Origin: an uncultured Prolixibacteraceae bacterium
GTDB lineage: Bacteria; Bacteroidota; Bacteroidia; Bacteroidales; FEN-979
DNA: 64,000 nt
Assembly (NCBI GenBank): GCA_964473485.1
Contig: CAYYPH010000002.1
Span: 59,143 to 123,142 of the forward strand
Reading direction: 5' to 3'
The position numbers and the translations under genes were made by a program. The notes under the pieces are model-generated. The model did not search any database. It was not told the DNA's origin and worked only from the letters and a program-made list of their open reading frames with translations. Within the stretch, counting starts at the first letter, position 1; each line of letters starts with the position of its first letter. This document shows, one piece after another, positions 20,029 to 28,982 of the stretch.

Positions 20029-20497
20029 CGCCGGTAACGGTTCGTTCCTGGTTTCCCATTACTTTCTCGGCCAGAAGGGCAAAATCCTCAGGCTCTTTGG
20101 ATAACAATTCCTGGTAGGTGGCTTTGTTCCACACTTCAATCCGGTCGGAATAAGCAAACAGGATGACCTCCCTGTCAATTCCGGCAAACCCCAGCAGCGA
20201 TTTCGGCAACAACAGCCGGTTCTGACTGTCGAGCGTCAGCTCAGTGGCTCCGTTGTAAAAAAATCGGACAAACCGGCGGTTGTCCCTGACAAAAAGGTTC
20301 AGCTTGTTGATGTTCTCGGAGGTCTTTTTCCACACATCTTGCGGGTACAGCACAAGGCAACCTTCAAAACCACGGTTTATGACAAACCGGTCCTGGGCCT
20401 CCTGGCTTATCTGCTTCTTCAGCGCCGAAGGAAGAATGATGCGGCTTTTATCGTCAAGCCTGCATTCGTATTCACCAATGAGATTTGTGGTCGCCAA
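20015..20497 (-). CDS. mraZ: transcriptional regulator MraZ
   Basis: Two DxxxR-type repeats (LDDKSRIILP, LDSQNRLLLP). I call the TTG start at 20497 (M-ATTNLIGEYECRLD). The track's ATG 20548 lies inside the operator repeats and upstream of the -7 box. Confidence 0.88.
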   Translation of the reverse strand: MATTNLIGEYECRLDDKSRIILPSALKKQISQEAQDRFVINRGFEGCLVLYPQDVWKKTSENINKLNLFVRDNRRFVRFFYNGATELTLDSQNRLLLPKSLLGFAGIDREVILFAYSDRIEVWNKATYQELLSKEPEDFALLAEKVMGNQERTVTGDDLS

Positions 20498-20515
20498 CCC
20501 GTTTTTTTTCGAGTG

Positions 20516-20523
20516 TAAATATA
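20516..20523 (-). promoter_or_regulatory. -7-like box TATATTTA for the dcw operon
   Basis: Near-consensus TAnnTTTG, 19 nt upstream of TTG 20497 and immediately downstream of the MraZ boxes. Confidence 0.35.
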
Positions 20524-20532
20524 GACAAAAAA

Positions 20533-20562
20533 CTCCACTTTCCTCCACTTTCCTCCACTTGT
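20533..20562 (-). promoter_or_regulatory. MraZ operator: three direct 10-bp repeats GAAAGTGGAG / GAAAGTGGAG / CAAGTGGAG
   Basis: The plus strand reads ctccactttc ctccactttc ctccacttg. The 10-bp periodicity and the (A)AAGTGG core match the known MraZ box architecture. Confidence 0.65.
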
Positions 20563-20827
20563 TGAAAACTTTTTCACAAAAAGTCCTTCATGGATGAGGA
20601 TGAGCCGGGATTTTCGAATGGCTGACGAACCTTCAGGCCAACGCATGTGAGGATGGTTTATGATCGTAACAGGTTTGTAATGATTGTTTTGCTGTTCCCT
20701 GTGGCATAACTGTATCTCAATGGAAAATGGTTCGCATTTTCATGTTGATACAGTTAAAATGATGGAGGAGATGATTAAGGAAGAGTGTTCCGGGGGATGT
20801 TCAACCCCATGCATTCATTATGTGTCG

Positions 20828-23371
20828 TCAGGGGTGCCGGATGATGAGTTTCACTGAATGGTGACCGGCCCTCACCATGTAAATCCCGTCAGGGAGGTGA
20901 GTGGTTGAAATAATCAGCGGATCCTGGCAGCTGAATTCCCCGACCTGCTGCCCAAGGAAATTGGTGATGCGGATGGGTTCATTACCAGGCATAGATTTGC
21001 AAAAGGTTTCTTTGTTTTTCGTTTCAGTTCTGGCCTGGGTAATGGTAATATGGTCGTCGGCGGGATTTGGGTATGCTGAAATGCCTGGTCCGGGGGTAGC
21101 TGAACGGACTGCCAGGCCGGGAATGATCTCTGCAGATTGCCTTTTGCTGACATAATTCAGACCGCCCGAAAAATTACCTGTAATCATGTCGAAAGAATCC
21201 GGCGAGGAGATAAATGCGATGGCCGGTGAGGTTTGCCACCCGAAAAGCGTGTCGGCAGGATTGGCGCTAATCAGATTAAAGAGATCTGTCCGTTCGTTGA
21301 AACCTTCATCGAGGTGGTTGTCAATCTGATCGTAAAAATGGATCCTGCCCTCATCCGAACCGCACACCAGCAGGGTGGTGCCATCGGGCTGTCTGAAAAA
21401 ACAGGGTGTGCTGTTACCATCGTAAGAGACCTGGTAATTCGTAACATTCACCCTGCCGAGTGAATCGCTCACTTTGGTGAATACCGGCTGACTCTGAACA
21501 CCAATATCTTTATAGCAGAGGATGTTGCCTGACCGGTTGCCGATGATCAGTTCGGGCCTGCCGTCTTTGTCAAGGTCGAACAATTGAGGGGTGCTGTTCT
21601 CTCCGGCGTCAATACCCTGGTACTTCTTTACGGGCGGATTGAACTCCGGAACGGGTCCTTGTCCGCCGTTGTTCAGGTACAGGATCAGCGTGCCATCCGA
21701 ATTTCCGCACAGCAGATCGGTGGCTCCATCGCCGTTCAGATCACCGAAGGCCGGGTACAGCCCGGTGATATTTAACCGGCCGGCGTCTGCCAGGTTGTCA
21801 GTGATAAAGGTAAAAAAGGGATGGTCAATGGTTCCGGTATTCCTGTAATAGGATATCCTTGATGAATATCCTGAATGAAGGATGCCCTGATGGTACCATG
21901 AAGAATCATAGTAACCATAGTTTCCCACAAACAGGTCATCAAGACCATCCCTGTCGAAATCATAGAGAACCGGGTGAGATGCGGAGCCGAAATCGAGCAT
22001 TTCATCCCTGAAAAAACGGTCGGTGACAAAGCTGAAGTCAGGCTGCTGCTGTGTGCCGGTGTTTTTGTAGAACCACACACTGCGGTAGTTGTCGGCCGTA
22101 AACAGGGCAGGATCGAACGGAGAGCAGATGAGATCCTTAATTCCGTCGTTGTCGGGATCAGCCAGTGTGGCATTGGGAAATGAAAAGAGATACAGTGTCT
22201 TTGAACCCGAGGGAAACAAGGTGTCCTGCGCAACCATCAGCGCGTTATCACGGGTCCCTCCGTTGATAAGACCGATCAGGCCAGGGAAGTCAAAGTCCCC
22301 AAGCACAAGGTCCTGCAAACCATCTCCGTTCAGATCAGTCACCAACAGCGTCGAACCCGTATGCCGTAACCCAACGCATCCCCCTTCTTCCATCCCCTTT
22401 CTCCCTTCTCCCTTCTCCCTTCCCCCTTCTAACCCCAACCCCGTCCTTTTGCCCACCGTCCACGGTCCACGGTCCACGTTCCCACTGCCCACGTTTCCAC
22501 GGTCCACGTTCCCACGGTCCACGTTCCCACTGTCCACGGCCCACGGTCCACGGTCCACGTTCCCACGTTCCACGGTCAATAGTCCGGCTTCAAACGGGCA
22601 ATCCGCATTCAGCGTGATCCTGTTCCCCGACTCACTCTCTTTAAACCTGCCCCAGCATGGATCCGTCAGACGGAAATCCAGACTGTCGCAGTGGCCGTAT
22701 TTCTCCATCGAGAGATTTTTGTGGTATTCAAGGAAGGATCCCAACCCGAAGAAAGTCAGAAGATCGAGATCGCCATCGCCGTCGATATCGGCAATGCCAG
22801 GATAATCGACACTGGTCACGAGAATTCCGACTTTTCCGGTATAATAGAACGACTCGAGTAGATCTGTCACCAGGTTGAATGCCAGGGTTTTATCCGAAAC
22901 ATTCCGGTAAACCATTACTCCGCCGTTGTTGTATGTAAACAGATCCATTCTCCCGTCACGGTCATAATCAGCCGTTATGACCCAGTCGGTCATGGCCGGC
23001 AGGAGCCGGGCAAAGGAGGGTTCAAAGCGATAATCGATAACTCCCGGTGTGCCGGTATTGATGAAAGTGAGTTTACGGTTCCCGTGCCGGTCAAAGATCA
23101 ACAGGTCCTGTATGCCATCGAGGTCCAGATCGAGGGTAACAAACTGGCAGGAATTCAGGCCGCCCGTCCAGGGGTACCGGAGGTTCCCGGTCATGCCGTG
23201 CTGACTCTGACCGGCGGCCGGAAAGAAAAACAGCAGTGCCAGTAAACAGGCTAACAACCCTTGATAAATCCAATGGTTCAGGTTTGGGCCACACTCAATT
23301 GCTGGCCTCGAAAGGCTTGCTGGAACCTTTTTGAGTATTTTTGAACGGGATGAAGAACCGTTTAACATCAT
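20828..23371 (-). CDS. FG-GAP/VCBS-repeat protein with T9SS type-A C-terminal sorting domain
   Basis: Many DxDGDGxxD(L/I) FG-GAP-like repeats, an N-terminal signal-like helix, and a C-terminus AYPNPADDHITI...LPDGIYMVRAGHHSVKLIIRHP. Confidence 0.8.
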   Translation of the reverse strand: MMLNGSSSRSKILKKVPASLSRPAIECGPNLNHWIYQGLLACLLALLFFFPAAGQSQHGMTGNLRYPWTGGLNSCQFVTLDLDLDGIQDLLIFDRHGNRKLTFINTGTPGVIDYRFEPSFARLLPAMTDWVITADYDRDGRMDLFTYNNGGVMVYRNVSDKTLAFNLVTDLLESFYYTGKVGILVTSVDYPGIADIDGDGDLDLLTFFGLGSFLEYHKNLSMEKYGHCDSLDFRLTDPCWGRFKESESGNRITLNADCPFEAGLLTVERGNVDRGPWAVDSGNVDRGNVDRGNVGSGNVDRGPWTVGKRTGLGLEGGREKGEGRKGMEEGGCVGLRHTGSTLLVTDLNGDGLQDLVLGDFDFPGLIGLINGGTRDNALMVAQDTLFPSGSKTLYLFSFPNATLADPDNDGIKDLICSPFDPALFTADNYRSVWFYKNTGTQQQPDFSFVTDRFFRDEMLDFGSASHPVLYDFDRDGLDDLFVGNYGYYDSSWYHQGILHSGYSSRISYYRNTGTIDHPFFTFITDNLADAGRLNITGLYPAFGDLNGDGATDLLCGNSDGTLILYLNNGGQGPVPEFNPPVKKYQGIDAGENSTPQLFDLDKDGRPELIIGNRSGNILCYKDIGVQSQPVFTKVSDSLGRVNVTNYQVSYDGNSTPCFFRQPDGTTLLVCGSDEGRIHFYDQIDNHLDEGFNERTDLFNLISANPADTLFGWQTSPAIAFISSPDSFDMITGNFSGGLNYVSKRQSAEIIPGLAVRSATPGPGISAYPNPADDHITITQARTETKNKETFCKSMPGNEPIRITNFLGQQVGEFSCQDPLIISTTHLPDGIYMVRAGHHSVKLIIRHP
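22381..22577. repeat. simple tandem repeat block inside the FG-GAP gene
   Basis: 22381-22440 is a C/T-rich ctccctt-type tract. 22451-22577 is ~15-nt-period ccacggtccacgttc units, encoding (GNVDR)n/GPW on the minus strand. The block is open in several frames on both strands. Confidence 0.8.
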
Positions 23372-23452
23372 TGCTTCTTGTAATGCTGAGGTTGACTTAA
23401 GGTACCAAAGTTACCGAAACTTTGTCTATTTTTGTATTTTATGATCACGATT

Positions 23453-24604
23453 ATGCCCCGGATCCTGGTAATTGACGACGAAAGAAGCATCCGCAACACC
23501 CTGCGGGAGATACTTGAATATGAGAAATTTGAAGTGGATGATGCTGCCGACGGTACGGCAGGCCTCAACCTTGTAAAGGCAAACCGGTACGATGCCATTT
23601 TATGCGACATCAAAATGCCTGGGATGGACGGCATCGAAGTATTGACAAAGATCACTGAGCTTACCGATACCCCGGTAATCATGATATCGGGTCATGGCAC
23701 CATCGATACGGCCGTGGAGGCAATCAAGCGGGGAGCCTATGATTACATTGCCAAGCCGTTGGATCTCAATAGGTTGTTGGTCACCTTGCGAAATGCGCGC
23801 GACAAGGTCAGCCTGATCGACGAAGCCCGTATGCTGAGGCGCAGGATCGGCGCCAGCTATGAAATGATTGGTGAATCGGAGGCCATGGAACATATCAGGT
23901 CGATGATCGCCAGGGTAGCCCCGACCGAAGCAAGGGTGCTGATAACCGGAGAGAACGGCACTGGTAAAGAACTGGTGGCGCGGCACCTGCATGGTTTGAG
24001 CAACCGGTCATCAGGACCATTTATCGAGGTGAACTGTGCGGCCATTCCTGCCGAGTTGATCGAGAGCAACCTGTTTGGTCATGAGAAGGGCTCGTTTACA
24101 TCAGCCATCAAGCAGCACAAAGGCGATTTTGAGCAGGCCCATGGTGGAACGTTGTTCCTGGATGAGGTGGGTGATATGAGTTTGTCGGCCCAGTCGAAGG
24201 TGCTCCGCGCCCTTCAGGAGAACAAGATCACCAGGGTGGGAGGGGAGAAGGAGATCCCGGTGGATGTGAGGGTGATCGCCGCAACCAACAAGAACATACG
24301 CGATGAGATAAAGAATAAGACGTTCCGCGAGGACCTTTATCACCGGCTCAGCGTGATCGTGATAGAGGTGCCGCCGCTACGCAAAAGGAAAGAGGATATT
24401 CCGCTGCTTGTCGAACATTTTATCACGGAGTTCACCGGAAGTATGGGTCGCTCCAGGCCGGAGATCATGCAGGAGGCGCTGGATTTGCTGCAGGACATGC
24501 CATGGACGGGGAATATCAGGGAACTGAGAAATGTGGTTGAGCGGTTTTGCATTCTGTGCGACGATACCATCAGGCCCGAAGATGTGCAGCGGTTCGTGGT
24601 CTGA
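23453..24604 (+). CDS. sigma-54-dependent response regulator (REC + AAA+), no C-terminal HTH
   Basis: REC domain ILVIDDE...D...MPGMDG. AAA+ domain [14 protein letters not shown]-like [10 protein letters not shown], and NIRELRN near the end. The protein stops ~25 aa later, without a Fis-type HTH. Start taken at ATG 23453. Confidence 0.88.
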   Translation: MPRILVIDDERSIRNTLREILEYEKFEVDDAADGTAGLNLVKANRYDAILCDIKMPGMDGIEVLTKITELTDTPVIMISGHGTIDTAVEAIKRGAYDYIAKPLDLNRLLVTLRNARDKVSLIDEARMLRRRIGASYEMIGESEAMEHIRSMIARVAPTEARVLITGENGTGKELVARHLHGLSNRSSGPFIEVNCAAIPAELIESNLFGHEKGSFTSAIKQHKGDFEQAHGGTLFLDEVGDMSLSAQSKVLRALQENKITRVGGEKEIPVDVRVIAATNKNIRDEIKNKTFREDLYHRLSVIVIEVPPLRKRKEDIPLLVEHFITEFTGSMGRSRPEIMQEALDLLQDMPWTGNIRELRNVVERFCILCDDTIRPEDVQRFVV

Positions 24605-24605
24605 T

Positions 24606-27600
24606 TCACCGTAGCAATGTCACCGATCCGTGGGCATGATGGGATTCGTCGGACGAGTCGGCCATTACGAATTTTGCAATGAAAAAATACACACCGTCAG
24701 CGCATCTGGAACCATTGAACCGCCCGTCCCAGAAAAGGTCGAAATTATCGGTTTCGAAAACCCGTTCACCCCAGCGGTTGTATATCTCCATGCTGAACTG
24801 AAGCACGCCCGAGCCAACCGGGCGATACTTATCGTTGATCCCGTCATCGTTGGGGGTAAATGCATTCGGAAAGAAAATCGGCGACAGACATCCGCGTAGG
24901 TTGATTGTGTCGGAATTATGGCAACCCTGTTTGGCTACCTCCACCCAGTATTTACCTGTCTCCGTTGCAAGTAAGGTGGAGTCGGTGGAGCCGTTCTGCC
25001 ACAGGTATTGCGCTAACGGCACTCCGGTTTTCAGCAACAGTGTCTTCCCGGAGCATAAGGTCGTGTCGGGTCCCAGGTTAACCCGGATTGAGTCAACCAC
25101 CCCAAGTTGGGTGATGATCACGCTGTCGCAGCTGTTGAAAAATGGAATAGTGTCGTAAAAGGTTCCGGAAACGTGCTGGTATTTTCCACCGGCCCAGATC
25201 GAGTCGCCGGAACATAAGGTTGTGTCGATATATTTGTTTAAGGGCTGAGAAACTACGGTTATGTTCTTGCAAATGGAACGCTGTTCCGGCATCCCTTCAT
25301 TAACGGTCAGTTGAACATTGTAGTTGCCGGTCTGGTTATAACTGACAGGAGGAGGGTCGTAGCGTGTTGATGACGGGATGGATGCATTGGTGCATGGAGG
25401 AAAGATCAACCGGGTGAGGGAATGATCATCACGGTTGGTGTTATAGAGGATGATGGTATCTCTGATACGGTACATTTCGGAAAAGTGAACAGGTCGGTTC
25501 ATGTTACCTATGTTCCCGAGCGATTTACCATAAACACTACCAGTTATTCCTGTTGGGAAATCCATACGCCATAAGAGATCACCAGCGTTTGATGTATAAT
25601 TCAGCTGGAATCCGGTCATGGATCCACAATCCCGGAACAGGCTGATTCCGCCAGGATTAATTCCCTGACAGACCACACCAAGATTTTCCCCGGCAGGATT
25701 GTTTAAAAGTGAGTTGCCAAATGCCAGGCGGGTGAGGGTATTGTCGCCGGCATTGGACACAATCCCATACCAGTTATTATTTTCCCTGACCAATCTAAAT
25801 GACAGGGGCATATTCATAGAACCCGGCGTTCCAAGGTCAGTCAGAACAGGATCGTTCAATAAACTGTTACCGAAGTAAAGCCTCACGAATTTGTTGCCCC
25901 AGGTGCATGAAAGGTATCCTGTCCAGGTATTGTCCTGGTTCTGAATGTCAATGCAATGTGCAGTGTAGAGCATCGCATAAGGACCAAATTGTCTGGCCAC
26001 AGGGGTGTTACGAAGGGAGTTTCCGAAGTTCAAACGGATGATCCGGTTGTTATTGCAAACGAAACCGACCCAGTTCCCCTGGTCTTTACAAATTTTTATT
26101 CCAAGCACGCTGTCGTTAATCATTCCGAACGATCCGAGATCGCTCCAGCTTAAAGGATCATTCATGAAACTGCTGCCATGGTTGTACTTGATGACAGATT
26201 GGGTTCCGCGGTTGGTAATGAATGAATAACACACTCCATTGTCAGTCAATTGGGTCATATAAATAGGTAAATCCAGCATTCCCCCCGGATTTCCGATATT
26301 CATGCCGACTGGATTGGCAAGACTGTTACCCGAGCAGAAGTTCCAGTAATAAGTACTGCCGCCTTTTGTAAGGTTCCGGATGCTGACCGGGGTATTGATG
26401 CAAACAGTGTCGGGCATTTCGAAATCTGCTACGATCACAGGAGTTTTGGGTATCACCACGATATTTTTGCAGATTGATGACTGATCTGGCAGGCCCTCGT
26501 TGACAAGGAGCCTGATATTGTAAGTTCCCGGCTGGTTGTAACTGAAGGGTGGGGGAGTGAAGAGGGTGGAGGAAGGGGGGGAGGCCTGGTCGCATGGAGG
26601 GAAAACCAGTCTTGATAGAGTATGGTTTTCCCTGTTTGTAATATATGCATACACCGTATCATTCTGCCTGAATAATTCGGAGAAGCTGTGAGGTTTTGAT
26701 AATGAACCAATATTGCCAAGTACATTGCCGATTACCGGCCCGTTTATTCCATCTGGGAATGATAGTTTTCCCAGCATACCAATCGATTGATAATTAACCC
26801 AGAAACCGGTGGTTTTTTCGCAGTCGCGACAAATGGTCAATCCCACTGCAAAGTCAAAACCTCCCGGATTTCCTAGTTCATGGACTGTTGGATAATTTTG
26901 CAGGGAGGTGCCAAAATCAAGTCTGGTTAGGGTGAAATATCCAGAGATTAATATGGCAAACCAGGAGTTTTTTTCATACAAAAGGCAAATGGCTCCGGGG
27001 CCCTGAAAATTGGCAATATTGCCAAAGTCTGTGTATACCGGATTGTTAAGGAGACTAGTCCCAAAATCGAGCCGGATAAGCTTATTGCCCAGAGAACAGG
27101 TCGCAAAGGCGACCCAGTTACCATTGTCAGAAACAATATCGAGTCCGTGTAACATATTCTGTTGTGGAACATTTGTTAAAGCCGTGGCAGTGGGCGTATT
27201 CCACAGCGACTGGCCAAAATCAATCCTAACAATTCTATTATCGGAACAGACAAGACCGATCCAGTTGCCATTTTGATTGATTATCTTAATGCCTTCCTGG
27301 TTGAAGCTGATTATCCCAAGTTTACCAAGTACATCGACTTGCAAGGGAGTATTCCGGAAACTAGATCCATGGTAACATCTGATTATTCCTGAACCCTGAC
27401 AGGAGATGAACGTGAAACAATCAATTCCTTGCTTTAGTAAAGTGATGTATGTTGGAACATCCAATGCACCTGAAGGATTCCCAATATTGTATCCGGTTGG
27501 ATCATGGTTAACGTCGCCTGTGCAAAAGTTCCATAAAAAAGAAGTTCCCCCCGTCGTTAAGTTTGTAATTTCTACAGGTTCATTAACAAATACTGTATCA

Positions 27601-27692
27601 GGCAATAAAAAGTCAGGAACAGGTTGTCCAACTGAGATTTTTATCGTCAACGAAAGAATCAGCAGAGCGCCGGATAGCGCGATTGGTTTCAT
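24606..27692 (-). CDS. 1028-aa secreted protein with an internal ~390-aa duplication and a T9SS type-B (gliding-motility/CHU_C) C-terminal domain
   Basis: Signal peptide. Two homologous halves, each with three R(I/L)xFGxSLxNxP repeats and a PKD-like YNQxGxYN module. C-terminus FPNAFTPNDDGINDKY...WDG...DGVYF. Confidence 0.85.
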   Translation of the reverse strand: MKPIALSGALLILSLTIKISVGQPVPDFLLPDTVFVNEPVEITNLTTGGTSFLWNFCTGDVNHDPTGYNIGNPSGALDVPTYITLLKQGIDCFTFISCQGSGIIRCYHGSSFRNTPLQVDVLGKLGIISFNQEGIKIINQNGNWIGLVCSDNRIVRIDFGQSLWNTPTATALTNVPQQNMLHGLDIVSDNGNWVAFATCSLGNKLIRLDFGTSLLNNPVYTDFGNIANFQGPGAICLLYEKNSWFAILISGYFTLTRLDFGTSLQNYPTVHELGNPGGFDFAVGLTICRDCEKTTGFWVNYQSIGMLGKLSFPDGINGPVIGNVLGNIGSLSKPHSFSELFRQNDTVYAYITNRENHTLSRLVFPPCDQASPPSSTLFTPPPFSYNQPGTYNIRLLVNEGLPDQSSICKNIVVIPKTPVIVADFEMPDTVCINTPVSIRNLTKGGSTYYWNFCSGNSLANPVGMNIGNPGGMLDLPIYMTQLTDNGVCYSFITNRGTQSVIKYNHGSSFMNDPLSWSDLGSFGMINDSVLGIKICKDQGNWVGFVCNNNRIIRLNFGNSLRNTPVARQFGPYAMLYTAHCIDIQNQDNTWTGYLSCTWGNKFVRLYFGNSLLNDPVLTDLGTPGSMNMPLSFRLVRENNNWYGIVSNAGDNTLTRLAFGNSLLNNPAGENLGVVCQGINPGGISLFRDCGSMTGFQLNYTSNAGDLLWRMDFPTGITGSVYGKSLGNIGNMNRPVHFSEMYRIRDTIILYNTNRDDHSLTRLIFPPCTNASIPSSTRYDPPPVSYNQTGNYNVQLTVNEGMPEQRSICKNITVVSQPLNKYIDTTLCSGDSIWAGGKYQHVSGTFYDTIPFFNSCDSVIITQLGVVDSIRVNLGPDTTLCSGKTLLLKTGVPLAQYLWQNGSTDSTLLATETGKYWVEVAKQGCHNSDTINLRGCLSPIFFPNAFTPNDDGINDKYRPVGSGVLQFSMEIYNRWGERVFETDNFDLFWDGRFNGSRCADGVYFFIAKFVMADSSDESHHAHGSVTLLR

Positions 27693-27757
27693 GGCTATAT
27701 GGAAAGTTGCCTAAAGGGTCTTAAGGATGTAAATGTAATAATATTCCAATCGTAAAT

Positions 27758-28528
27758 ATGTTGGAGCGCGAATTATTAATACGTATTTTAGCCGATAAAA
27801 TTAAAACAACAGAGATGACTCATTCTAGAGAAAGGATTTCCGGTTATTATGACGGTTTTTCAGAGCACCTAAAACAGGTTGGTGTAAATATTCGTCATCG
27901 GACGATATATTACAACCTGAGAAAGAACGGTTTAAAAAGTAATCACCGTGTCCTTGAGATTGGTTGTGGAATTGGACAGGTAACCGGCTTGATAGCAAAA
28001 TTTTTGACGAATGGGACAATAAGGGCGGTTGACATCAGCCCGACAAATATTGAGAACGCAAAACGCAGATTGAGAATATTTTCAAACATTACCTTTACTG
28101 TCTCAGATATGGCTGATTTCGAATCAGATGAAACATATGACCTGGTCGTTTTGCCTGATGTTCTCGAACATATCCCGGTTGAGCAACACATGAATCTATT
28201 TGCTGTAATTGCCGCGCATACGCATCAGGGCAGTATTGTTTTTATTAATATTCCTTCGCCTCACTTTCAGGATTATCTGTCTAAAAATAAGCCAGAGTTG
28301 CAACAGATTGTCGATCTGGCACTTTATGGAGATATTTTGTTTCCTGCCATTTTTCAGAATGGATTTGTTATTCATTCATTATTTAATTACGGATTAGCCG
28401 TAGAACAATTAGATTATCAGCAAATTATACTTAAAAAGAAACAGGGTCTTGAAAAAGTTCGATATTATTCCAAAATGGAACTGATGAAACTTGAACTGAT
28501 TTCCCGTCTAAGAATGATAATTATTTGA
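27758..28528 (+). CDS. class I SAM-dependent methyltransferase
   Basis: VLEIGCGIGQVTG motif I and VLPDVLEHI motif; lies in an AT-rich stretch. Confidence 0.7.
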   Translation: MLERELLIRILADKIKTTEMTHSRERISGYYDGFSEHLKQVGVNIRHRTIYYNLRKNGLKSNHRVLEIGCGIGQVTGLIAKFLTNGTIRAVDISPTNIENAKRRLRIFSNITFTVSDMADFESDETYDLVVLPDVLEHIPVEQHMNLFAVIAAHTHQGSIVFINIPSPHFQDYLSKNKPELQQIVDLALYGDILFPAIFQNGFVIHSLFNYGLAVEQLDYQQIILKKKQGLEKVRYYSKMELMKLELISRLRMIII

Positions 28529-28958
28529 TTGATTGTGACTAAACAGTGGTAAAAAATAAGGTTTATTAACCGATTTGTGTGTAATCAGTTGATTGACAGT
28601 AAGGGCTAAAACCTAACAATAGGATTGGAATTATGAATATGATAAATTTAAGTCAAAAATCTAAAATTAAACAATCCTCACAACAAATTCATAAAATTTA
28701 TATTCAGACCAAATAAAGTTATTTCTTGGACATTATTGGACGTTAATGTAAAAACCATCCAGCAATCGAGGTTTCGTTATTGATGTTTGCGGATTTTTCA
28801 GCTTGCCGGCTGTAGCCCAATTGTAACAAAATGGGTTTCTTCCGAAAGCAAATTAAGCATAATTCCTGTTCATTGCTGTTTTGAATTTTGGAATTTTGCA
28901 TGCAAACGATTGTTATTTTACTTTCAGCATTAAAAGTAAAATAAGAGATTTTTTATTT

Positions 28959-28966
28959 TATCTTTG
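28959..28966 (+). promoter_or_regulatory. -7 box TATCTTTG
   Basis: TAnnTTTG consensus, 17 nt upstream of ATG 28983. Confidence 0.4.
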
Positions 28967-28982
28967 GAAAAAATCTTTACAT

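Noticed and set aside
20498-20548. ATG 20548 as the mraZ start (track ORF 20015-20548).
   Set aside because: The extension MEESGVFCLYLHSKKNG is encoded by the operator repeats and promoter box themselves. The conserved MraZ N-terminus begins at the TTG at 20497.
22381-22577. Possible CRISPR array or other interspersed repeat at 22.4-22.6 kb.
   Set aside because: The units are ~15 nt, contiguous, without spacers, and lie in frame inside a CDS. This is a simple tandem repeat, not CRISPR.
23368-23682. 104-aa minus-strand ORF abutting the FG-GAP gene start.
   Set aside because: It is antisense to the REC domain of the response regulator and has no recognisable content.
28633-28716. 27-codon ORF (MNMINLSQKSKIKQSSQQIHKIYIQTK) in the spacer upstream of the Fic gene.
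   Set aside because: It is too short, lies in AT-rich sequence, and has no supporting signal.
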